From a virus (taxonomy: Duplodnaviria > Heunggongvirae > Uroviricota > Caudoviricetes), in the IMG/VR virus record IMGVR_UViG_3300025319_000008, positions 1-42,432 of that record: 42,432 nucleotides of DNA; one strand, 5' to 3'. The position numbers and the translations under genes are program-made. Shown here in pieces: positions 35,176-42,432 of the stretch (within the stretch, counting starts at the first letter, position 1; every line of letters begins with the position of its first letter). Below the pieces are notes generated by a model. It had not been told where the DNA came from and searched no databases. It saw nothing but the letters and a program-made list of their open reading frames with translations.

Positions 35176-36204
35176 ATGAAATACGATTTCAACGACATTC
35201 TAATCCAGCCTGCAGTACAAACAGATATTAATTCAAGAAGGCACGTATATCCGTTTGATAAAAATGGAATGTTGCCAATTTTTACAGCACCAATGGATAC
35301 TGTTGTTGATGAAAAAAACTTTCTTGAATTTAAAAAAAGAAAAATTAATGTTTGTTTTCCGAGAGAAAAAGAATATCACCCATCAGCAATGAATCCTACA
35401 GAATTTTCTTCTATATCATTGGATGAATTTATAAAAATATATATTGAAAGAGATAAAAACATACAATGTTCCCCAGAATATGTACTAATTGACATGGCTA
35501 ACGGTCACCTCCTGAAAATGACTAATGCCATTATTGAGTCTAAGAAAAAATATGGAGATAAGATATTTCTAATGGTTGGAAATATTGCTAATCCGGAAAC
35601 ATATAAAGTGTTGTCAGATGCTGGAGCTGACGCAATCAGATGCGGAATCGGAAATGGAAATTCTTGTAGTACAACACAACAATTAGGTGTTGGTTTTCCT
35701 ATGGCTTCTTTAATTAAAGAGTGTTATGACATTTCTTTGACACTATCTAATCCAGCGCTTATTATTGCTGATGGTGGCATGAAAGGGTATTCAGATGTTA
35801 TCAAGGCATTAGCTTTGGGTTCAAATTTTGTCATGATTGGTTCTATTTTTAATAAGTGTCTTGAATCTTGTGGAAAAACCAGATTTTTGAAATACATAAA
35901 AATAAATCCAAATTCTAAATTTGCTAAGTGGGCTCACAAAAAAGGTTTTAAGCTCACAAAAAGATTTAGAGGAATGTCAACCAAGGAAGTACAAAAGAAT
36001 TGGGGAAATGAAACGATTAAGACGTCAGAAGGTGTGGTTAGAGTCAGACCTGTTGAATATACAATAGCTCAATGGACTGAAAATTTTGAAGATTATCTTC
36101 GTTCTGCAATGAGTTATACAAATTCCAGAACCTTATCAGATTTTATAGGAAAAGTTAAAACAAATCTTATTTCTGAACAATCTTATAAAAGATTCAATAA
36201 ATAA
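35176..36204 (+). CDS. IMP dehydrogenase / GMP reductase family protein without CBS domains
   Basis: APMDTV, DMANGH, GIGNGNSCST, IADGG, FVMIGS, FRGMST (closer to GMPR GMSS than to IMPDH GMGS), LRSAMSY. Confidence 0.85.
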   Translation: MKYDFNDILIQPAVQTDINSRRHVYPFDKNGMLPIFTAPMDTVVDEKNFLEFKKRKINVCFPREKEYHPSAMNPTEFSSISLDEFIKIYIERDKNIQCSPEYVLIDMANGHLLKMTNAIIESKKKYGDKIFLMVGNIANPETYKVLSDAGADAIRCGIGNGNSCSTTQQLGVGFPMASLIKECYDISLTLSNPALIIADGGMKGYSDVIKALALGSNFVMIGSIFNKCLESCGKTRFLKYIKINPNSKFAKWAHKKGFKLTKRFRGMSTKEVQKNWGNETIKTSEGVVRVRPVEYTIAQWTENFEDYLRSAMSYTNSRTLSDFIGKVKTNLISEQSYKRFNK

Positions 36205-36212
36205 TATACATT

Positions 36213-36782
36213 ATGATAATCGTTAAATCCATTTTAGCTCCTTCTTTAAAAATTGCGGATAACGAAAATATAAAAGTTAAACCGGCAAAATTCAATTCAC
36301 AAAAAGCTGAAGAAAAAAGGATTTTAGAAACAACAACTTATTCAACAATTATAATTGTTGATGGTAAATATATTTCCTTGTCTATCACAAAGTATTTTGG
36401 CTATCAAAAACCTTATGCACTTGTTCATTCTATTTTACCTCCAAAAGGAATTGATTTATTTGAAGAGGTTTTTTATTGGCCGGTGCAAGCATATACCAAA
36501 CCGGAGCTTAATCATCTTGTGTATAAAATGATTAAAGAAACAGAATTCCATTATAAATCTAAGTTATTGTATGAGTTAAATTGGGAAGTTATTGACGTTA
36601 AAATCAAAAATGGAACATTAACACTATCAAACAAAGAAAGAAGTCATATTGTGGCAATTCCTCCTAATAACTCAAATGAACCACGGTATGATTATATAAC
36701 CGATGACGGTCATTATAAATTTGATTGCAAATCTGGAGAATATAGAGGAAAAGCGATAGAAATAATTGTGGACAAGAAATAA
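36213..36782 (+). CDS. Hypothetical protein, 189 aa
   Basis: ORF co-oriented with the cluster. Confidence 0.72.
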   Translation: MIIVKSILAPSLKIADNENIKVKPAKFNSQKAEEKRILETTTYSTIIIVDGKYISLSITKYFGYQKPYALVHSILPPKGIDLFEEVFYWPVQAYTKPELNHLVYKMIKETEFHYKSKLLYELNWEVIDVKIKNGTLTLSNKERSHIVAIPPNNSNEPRYDYITDDGHYKFDCKSGEYRGKAIEIIVDKK

Positions 36783-36787
36783 ATTGA

Positions 36788-37750
36788 TTAAAGTACTGAC
36801 TCTAATGAGTTTAAAAGTTTTTCTTCAACATTATCTGTATATTTTATTCTGATGAGTTTTATATTATTTTCTTCACAATAATTATTTTTGATATTATCAT
36901 TTTTTTGAGCTTCTTCTAATGCTACAATTCCACCAAAATATTCTATTGCTTCAAAATGTTGTATTCCATCGTATTCAATACAAATATTGTGTTCTGGCAA
37001 ATAAAAATCAAAAGGTAAAGTGTTTTTAAATCTACATTCGTCAAATCTTTTTTGTTTAATAAAGTTTATTGTATTGTCTGTTAAAAAACATCTAACTAAT
37101 TTTTCTCCTTTAGATTCATGATTAGAGCATATTGGACAGCCTTGCTTATTTACTAAGTGGTCGACTGCTACTTTTAAAAATACATAATTACAAGAATTGC
37201 ATTTAATTGGAAGCTTTGTTTTGTTATTATTATACTCAGTTATTAAAGAATAATCATAATTATTTTCGTACATTTTTTTAAATAATATTACTATTTCATT
37301 TATAGAGCTTCTCTGTTTGTTAGCTCTTTCTTCCACTGCACACTTTGGACATCCACTTCCTGATAGATGGTGGTCTGGTGTTTGTGAAAAATCACCATGA
37401 CCTTCTTTTGTACAAGTTATTATTACTTTTTCTTTTACATTAACAAAAATAGTTTTATCATAATTGCATTTTTTATGTTTAGGTAAAATACTAACTTTAT
37501 TAATAAATTCTTCTGTGGTATAAGTGTTGGATATTTGTCGTTTCTTTTTTCCACAATCAGGGCATCCTCTTTTGTTGTGAATGTGATTTGTTGGATTTTG
37601 TTCAAAAATTATATTACATGTATTGCATTTTATTTTAATTTTTTCAAACATTCCATCATATAAAATAATAGAATAATCATATTTATTACCATGAATTTCT
37701 TTAGCCTTTTTTATAAATTCTTCTGTTGTAAATTTTATTTTTTTACTCAT
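36788..37750 (-). CDS. Putative homing endonuclease: three zinc-ribbon repeats plus Vsr/DUF559-like PD-(D/E)XK domain
   Basis: Three units ending GCPxC; C-terminal SKGE, LPFDFYLP, IEYDGIQHF, NDNIKNNYC, LIRIKY. Confidence 0.85.
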   Translation of the reverse strand: MSKKIKFTTEEFIKKAKEIHGNKYDYSIILYDGMFEKIKIKCNTCNIIFEQNPTNHIHNKRGCPDCGKKKRQISNTYTTEEFINKVSILPKHKKCNYDKTIFVNVKEKVIITCTKEGHGDFSQTPDHHLSGSGCPKCAVEERANKQRSSINEIVILFKKMYENNYDYSLITEYNNNKTKLPIKCNSCNYVFLKVAVDHLVNKQGCPICSNHESKGEKLVRCFLTDNTINFIKQKRFDECRFKNTLPFDFYLPEHNICIEYDGIQHFEAIEYFGGIVALEEAQKNDNIKNNYCEENNIKLIRIKYTDNVEEKLLNSLESVL

Positions 37751-37910
37751 TTTCCATTGTTTTCAAATCATTTAAAATAAAATCTCTTATTCGTTTAGAA
37801 AAAATTATTTTATTTTTCTTACAAGCTGAAACATATCTACTTTTCAACTCTTTTTCTATTCGAAACTGTATTTTAGTTTCTTTTGTTATTTCTTGTTTTG
37901 GTCTGGCCAT
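37743..37910 (-). CDS. Ribbon-helix-helix protein, 55 aa, not in ORF track
   Basis: MARPKQEITKETKIQFRIEKELKSRYVSACKKNKIIFSKRIRDFILNDLKTMENE; overlaps the endonuclease start by 8 nt; homologous to 2533-2694. Confidence 0.82.
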   Translation of the reverse strand: MARPKQEITKETKIQFRIEKELKSRYVSACKKNKIIFSKRIRDFILNDLKTMENE

Positions 37911-37997
37911 TTTGTGCTGACATTAATAAATATGATTAAAAATATAATATTATAAATTAAATGTAAATAATAGTCAAATTTTAGCTAAAAAATATCC

Positions 37998-38004
37998 TAT
38001 TTAT
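37998..38004 (+). promoter_or_regulatory. TATTTAT motif, putative late promoter
   Basis: 7 nt upstream of the ATG at 38012. The same heptamer sits on the minus strand at 37926-37932, before the RHH gene. Confidence 0.4.
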
Positions 38005-38011
38005 CAGGGAT

Positions 38012-40984
38012 ATGATATTGAGTGAAAATTTTAAGAAAAGACTTATGGAGTTAGCCGGTGTTCCTGCCGGTCAAAATATTATTTCCGAGGCTGATAAGCG
38101 TAGTGTTATAACGAATACATTACACATCCCACGCGAAGTTGCGGACTTTGCGCATAATTTATCAGATAAATATGCTATTTGGATTGCTGATTCCGCAAGA
38201 AAATTACATTTAAAAAATGCTGAAAGTTGGATTTCTGGTGAATCAGACGAAAATGGCAAAAAAGCTTTTGAAGAATTAAAAAAAGTATGGAGTTTTAAAA
38301 GTTTATCAGACGCAAAAGACCAATTTGATGTGGCATTAGTTAAAAAAATTAATGGATTTCTACAAACAATTACGGGTGATTATACCCACATTCTCGATTG
38401 GCTTAAGGGGCGAACGACTTTAGCTCCTGAAAATGACCAAATTAACTTCAAAACACTTACTTTTGATGAGGCTAAGAAAAGAAGTGATGAATGGCATAAA
38501 AAGTTAGGAGATATCAGAGGAGGAAAAATTGAAGATGAAGAAGGTGAAGTAATAATGACTTTCCCTGACGGATTTTATTGGCTCAATTTAGGTAAAGATT
38601 ATTGCGAAAAAGAAAGTAAAGCCATGGGACATTGCGGAAGGGCTTCTGGAGCAGTGTTATATTCTTTAAGAAAAGAACAATATCCTTATGTAACGGCAGC
38701 TGTTAAAGGTGATGGCACCATAACTCAAATGAAAGGAAGAGCTAATACGAAACCAAAATCTGATTTTCATAAATATATAATTCCTTTTATTCTTGGAAAT
38801 AATCCAGATATTCAAAATTTTCAATCAACCTATCAATCAAATACTGATTTTAATATAAATGATTTAACTGATGTTGAATTAAAACAAGTTGTGGATAAAA
38901 AACCATCTTTACTTTTGTATAATGGAGCAATTGCATTAAAAAGATTATCAGAAGAGAAAATACAAAGCTTATTAGTATCGCAACCTTTAATTTTCCGTGG
39001 ATGGGATGAAATTGTAGTATTGTCTGATATTTTAAGAAATGACAATATGATAGATTGGGCAATTGTTAATGCTCCGGAACTATTTCATAAATACAAATTT
39101 GGAACACTCAAATTTAATAAGGAACAACTTTATAAAGCATTGAGTATTGATTCAATATCAGCTAATTTAAAATTAGATGAAATGGGTCTGGATGATACTG
39201 CTGTAAATTGGATAGTCTATAATAAACCTCAAATGTTTGAGGAAAGTGTGGTGACCATTACCAAATTAAGTGATGAGCAAAAAGATTATCTTGTTAAAAA
39301 TCACCCGATGGCTTTTATGTCTTTTATATCAACTTCAGATAGTGGTTCAGGACATCAAAAACAAATAATAACAGTTATTGGTATAGGTAGGTTACAATTA
39401 TTATTTGTTAGTAATCCAATATTATTTTCTAAAGGACATATACCACGTATTTTATTTGTAGGATTTTTATTACCAGAAATGTTAGAAAAATATGTTAAAA
39501 CCCATAACAAACAAAACGACCCATTAGACATATTTAATAACTTAAAAAGATTAAATGATATAAGTGATTTTATGAATGTGAACACTTTTTATTATTTTCT
39601 TAAACATTATTCTGAACTATTCTGGCAAACGTCAATGATTTCTTCATCAAATAAAGAAGGTGGTAAAATTATAGGAAGATACATAGTTGACCATCATTTT
39701 GAGTGGATTGAAAAATTTATAAGTGAAAGTTATAATTCTAAATTAAAGATACAAGATTGGGATTTATCTCCAGCACAAAAACAAAAGATTGTAAATTCAG
39801 ACGCAGAAGGAAAAACTACTATTTTAGTTAATTATGACGAAAATGAAATAAGAAAATTAAATCTTTCTCCAAAACAAGTGCAACAATTATTATCTTCGCC
39901 AGAGTTTTCTGAAAATTTGACCTTAGATTTAGTTAAAGGATTTAATTTAGCTCCGGATAGAGAACAAACAAAAACAGCTTTATTAGATGTTTTAAAAAAT
40001 AGCAATAATGAAGATAAGGAAATAACAATAGTAAATGAAATGGAAGAAATGTTTGGAGAAGAATATGTTCATTCTTTATATAATACAAATCCAAATATTT
40101 TTCTTGCTTTGGATTTTCCAGTTAAATACCGAGATATAGAACGTCTTAAAAAATATAATAATAGTGGAGTTTCTTATGAAAAAGAAGGAATTAAAATAAG
40201 ATTTGATGATTGGAGTGATGATGAACTGGTGGAAATGTTTAAAAACGACTCTTTCGCCAAACAAATAGCAAACTTTGAATTAGATTTTAATTCATATGAT
40301 TATTCATTTGAAAACATTGATAATAATTTTGATGATTTAGACCAAATGAATATAGCAAGAGTTAGGTTTCTTATTGGTAAAGCATTTCCTGCTAAGTTTA
40401 AAACAACAATAAAAACCATGAAAATATCTGAATTGGTTAGCGTTTTAAATGACCCAGATTCTATAAGTGAGGATAGTGTTGATTTTGATGATAGTATAAT
40501 AGATGGAATAAAAGATACTTTTGTTCGTGCCACAGAAGATGCACAGAGAAATGCTGATGAAGATGAATATTGGAAATTATATATAAACCCAATAAAAGAA
40601 TTATTTGGAGAACCAAAAAATGTAAGCATAAAAAAGAGAGTAAAAGGTAAAGAAGAAATACAAACAGTAGAAATGCTTGAATTTCAAGTGTCTTATGGAG
40701 CTTTTGAAGATTATATAAAAGGCGCAACCGAAAGTGGAGATTACGGAGATTTAATTAAAACTTCTGATTATGTAACAAGTGTCGTTGGTATAATAAAAAC
40801 AGCTCTTAAAGAACGTGGTGAAGAATTAGAAGTAAATGAACCTTATAATGGAGTTTATGGTGATATTGATAAAGGAGATTTAAATGAAAGGTTTAATGAT
40901 GTATTATACGAAGATACAACCATCTCTGACCTTTTAAATAAAACAAAAATTGTAGTAAAAAAGAAAAAGAATGAAACTAAGTGA
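38012..40984 (+). CDS. Large protein with N-terminal leader, PcfJ-like domain and helical repeats, 990 aa
   Basis: Leader MILSENFKKRLMELAG; PcfJ-like WH...GFYW...ESKAMGHCG...LYSLR...QMKGRANTKP; repeated L(S/T)xxQ/E...NP.LF helices. Confidence 0.7.
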   Translation: MILSENFKKRLMELAGVPAGQNIISEADKRSVITNTLHIPREVADFAHNLSDKYAIWIADSARKLHLKNAESWISGESDENGKKAFEELKKVWSFKSLSDAKDQFDVALVKKINGFLQTITGDYTHILDWLKGRTTLAPENDQINFKTLTFDEAKKRSDEWHKKLGDIRGGKIEDEEGEVIMTFPDGFYWLNLGKDYCEKESKAMGHCGRASGAVLYSLRKEQYPYVTAAVKGDGTITQMKGRANTKPKSDFHKYIIPFILGNNPDIQNFQSTYQSNTDFNINDLTDVELKQVVDKKPSLLLYNGAIALKRLSEEKIQSLLVSQPLIFRGWDEIVVLSDILRNDNMIDWAIVNAPELFHKYKFGTLKFNKEQLYKALSIDSISANLKLDEMGLDDTAVNWIVYNKPQMFEESVVTITKLSDEQKDYLVKNHPMAFMSFISTSDSGSGHQKQIITVIGIGRLQLLFVSNPILFSKGHIPRILFVGFLLPEMLEKYVKTHNKQNDPLDIFNNLKRLNDISDFMNVNTFYYFLKHYSELFWQTSMISSSNKEGGKIIGRYIVDHHFEWIEKFISESYNSKLKIQDWDLSPAQKQKIVNSDAEGKTTILVNYDENEIRKLNLSPKQVQQLLSSPEFSENLTLDLVKGFNLAPDREQTKTALLDVLKNSNNEDKEITIVNEMEEMFGEEYVHSLYNTNPNIFLALDFPVKYRDIERLKKYNNSGVSYEKEGIKIRFDDWSDDELVEMFKNDSFAKQIANFELDFNSYDYSFENIDNNFDDLDQMNIARVRFLIGKAFPAKFKTTIKTMKISELVSVLNDPDSISEDSVDFDDSIIDGIKDTFVRATEDAQRNADEDEYWKLYINPIKELFGEPKNVSIKKRVKGKEEIQTVEMLEFQVSYGAFEDYIKGATESGDYGDLIKTSDYVTSVVGIIKTALKERGEELEVNEPYNGVYGDIDKGDLNERFNDVLYEDTTISDLLNKTKIVVKKKKNETK

Positions 40985-41018
40985 AAATTTTTTAAAAAAG
41001 AATAATTTTGTAGATTGA
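40971..41018 (+). pseudogene. Stub of a third leader-bearing gene (MKLSENFLKKNNFVD*)
   Basis: atgaaactaagtgaaaatttt resembles the starts at 38012 and 41252 but stops after 15 codons. Confidence 0.5.
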
Positions 41019-41040
41019 CATAACTTTATAATTATTGGCT

Positions 41041-41229
41041 ATGGATAAAGAAATTAAAATATCTTATACTTTAAAAACCAAGCCAGTAGCTAATGGGAAA
41101 AATATGTGTGATGGTTGTGCATTAAGAATTGGTGGTTCAATGTGTATGAATCTAAGTTTGTGTCCATATACAGAAAAAACTCCTGTAAATTGGCAAATAA
41201 TAAGTAAAGCAAAAGAAATAGAAGACTGA
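41041..41229 (+). CDS. Small Cys-rich hypothetical protein
   Basis: CDGC...MC...LC; ATG at 41041 (track starts at 41035). Confidence 0.6.
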   Translation: MDKEIKISYTLKTKPVANGKNMCDGCALRIGGSMCMNLSLCPYTEKTPVNWQIISKAKEIED

Positions 41230-41251
41230 CTGTTAAAAAACTAAACATCAT

Positions 41252-42432
41252 ATGAATTTAAGTGAATCATACAAAAAAAGATTAAGTGAATTGGCAGGAA
41301 CGAAACTTCTTACCGAATCTTCTGTTGTTAAAGACAGGCTTAATGCATTGACATTTAAAAATGACGTTGAAAGCATAGGAGGTAAGCTATATGCAGTTGG
41401 AGGAATAAATCGTGATGAAATATTAGGGAAACCCTCAAAAGACTTAGATATTTTAATAACCGGTGTTCCATTAGATAGATTGGAACATATTTTAGTAAAG
41501 CACGGAAAAGTAAAAGAAGTCGGAAAGAGCTTTGGTATAATAAAATTTGTTCCATTTGGAGAAACAGAAGATATTGATATCGCTATTCCGCGAACGGAAA
41601 AATCAATAGGTACAGGCCATCAAGGTTTTGAAGTTACATCAGACCATACACTTCCAATTGAAGATGATTTGGCCCGTAGGGATTTTAGCTTAAATTCTCT
41701 CGCTCAAGATTCAGAAGGTAATATAATTGACCCTTTTGGTGGATTGGAAGATATAAAAAATAAAATCATAAGAGTAACAAATGAGAAATCATTTGGAGAT
41801 GATGCACTTAGGATGTTGCGTGCCGTTTCTTTTTCTGCCAGATTTGGTTTTACAATAGAGCCAAATACTATGACATTAATAAAAATGAATGCTCACAAAA
41901 TAAAAGAAATTTCCCCGGAGAGGTATCTTATCGAGTTTGATAAGATAATAAAAAAGGGTGATATTCAATATGGAATGGATGTTTTGATTGGCTCTGGATT
42001 GTTCAAAGAAATGTTTGGATTTGATTATGTCGGTGATAAAAACTTCAGCAAAGTTAAAATAATGGCTGATTTAATGTATAAACTTCTTGAAAATAGTGGT
42101 AATTTAGCTTCTTCTTTTTATAAAAACAAATGGAAAGGTGAAACTAATGTAGAAAATCAAATAAAAGCTTTGGAGTTGCAAGAAAAATTAACCGGTGACA
42201 AATTAGAAGACAGAAAAATCGTTCAAAAGATTTTGAATATTTCTCCGAACATTGAAGACTGTGGTTTATTAAAAGACAACACTAAAACTATTATAAAAAT
42301 ATTTGTAGACAATTCTTATCCTTTAAACATAAAAAATTTAGATATAAATGGAAATGATTTAATGGCTATGGGATTTAAAAAAGAAGAAATAGGAAAAAAT
42401 AACATTTTGATAATGCAGGCCGTTCTTTCTGA
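41252..42432 (+). CDS. cca: Class II tRNA nucleotidyltransferase (CCA-adding enzyme), runs off the window end; missed by ORF track
   Basis: Own translation: leader MNLSESYKKRLSELAG, then VGGINRD...KDLDI, VGKSFG, PRTE, DDLARRDFSLN, DPFGG, DDALRMLRA, SPER, INGNDL; open to 42432. Confidence 0.92.
   Translation, partial: MNLSESYKKRLSELAGTKLLTESSVVKDRLNALTFKNDVESIGGKLYAVGGINRDEILGKPSKDLDILITGVPLDRLEHILVKHGKVKEVGKSFGIIKFVPFGETEDIDIAIPRTEKSIGTGHQGFEVTSDHTLPIEDDLARRDFSLNSLAQDSEGNIIDPFGGLEDIKNKIIRVTNEKSFGDDALRMLRAVSFSARFGFTIEPNTMTLIKMNAHKIKEISPERYLIEFDKIIKKGDIQYGMDVLIGSGLFKEMFGFDYVGDKNFSKVKIMADLMYKLLENSGNLASSFYKNKWKGETNVENQIKALELQEKLTGDKLEDRKIVQKILNISPNIEDCGLLKDNTKTIIKIFVDNSYPLNIKNLDINGNDLMAMGFKKEEIGKNNILIMQAVLS

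Noticed and set aside
7613-41555. Minus-strand ORFs in the track that lie inside + strand genes (e.g. 7613-8137, 15595-16077, 23749-24087, 33438-33794, 40300-40629, 41355-41555)
   Set aside because: Shadow frames of well-supported genes, with F/S/L/I-rich composition and no motifs.
1-42432. Stop-codon reassignment (TAG or TGA), as in some huge phages
   Set aside because: Long enzymes are intact under code 11, TAG ends genes at 20813 and 33236, and TGA stops form ATGA overlaps. The single in-frame stop at 15321 is TAA.
1-42432. CRISPR array or tRNA genes
   Set aside because: I saw no regularly spaced repeat-spacer run and no cloverleaf; intergenic gaps are too short. A tRNAscan-SE run would confirm.
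41252-42432. Poly(A) polymerase
   Set aside because: It lacks the PAP G(R/K)RF signature (reads VGKSFG) and has an RTE loop motif and DDxxR template motif consistent with CCA addition.

Overview
This is a fragment of a large, very AT-rich dsDNA phage (jumbo/huge-phage-like), probably infecting a Bacteroidota host. The phage call rests on densely packed, overlapping + strand genes with many small orphans, phage hallmarks (denV, free-standing homing endonucleases, PcfJ-like protein, own ligase, helicase and Mre11-Rad50) and the absence of core cellular operons. The host call rests on TAnnTTTG promoter boxes, A-rich non-SD leaders and a DUF6576-like domain; both calls are inference. Cargo includes an Mre11-Rad50 fusion, a UvrD-like helicase, an NAD-dependent ligase, PncB and glutamine-dependent NadE, a Nudix hydrolase, RtcB, a CCA-adding enzyme, two tRNA-binding proteins, a DEDDh RNase, CYTH, BtpA, Nif3, a C5 methyltransferase and a GHKL ATPase. 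The only minus-strand units are mobile: a decayed ISL3, a complete tnpB-only IS200/IS605 element, and two homing endonuclease cassettes; the tnpB element and both cassettes are each led by a small ribbon-helix-helix gene. Best leads: (1) a heptapeptide R-x-[VL]-[LI]-[IFV]-E-K shared near the termini of about a dozen unrelated small proteins; (2) a shared N-terminal leader with L/I-x-E sites on the CCA-adding enzyme and the PcfJ-like protein, suggesting virion-packaged tRNA repair; (3) a deamidated-route NAD+ rebuilding set distinct from NARP1/NARP2; (4) matched repeat expansions in both Rad50 coiled-coil arms; (5) an IS that splits a host-type promoter and carries its own replacement. All family calls come from motif reading by eye; no database searches were run.
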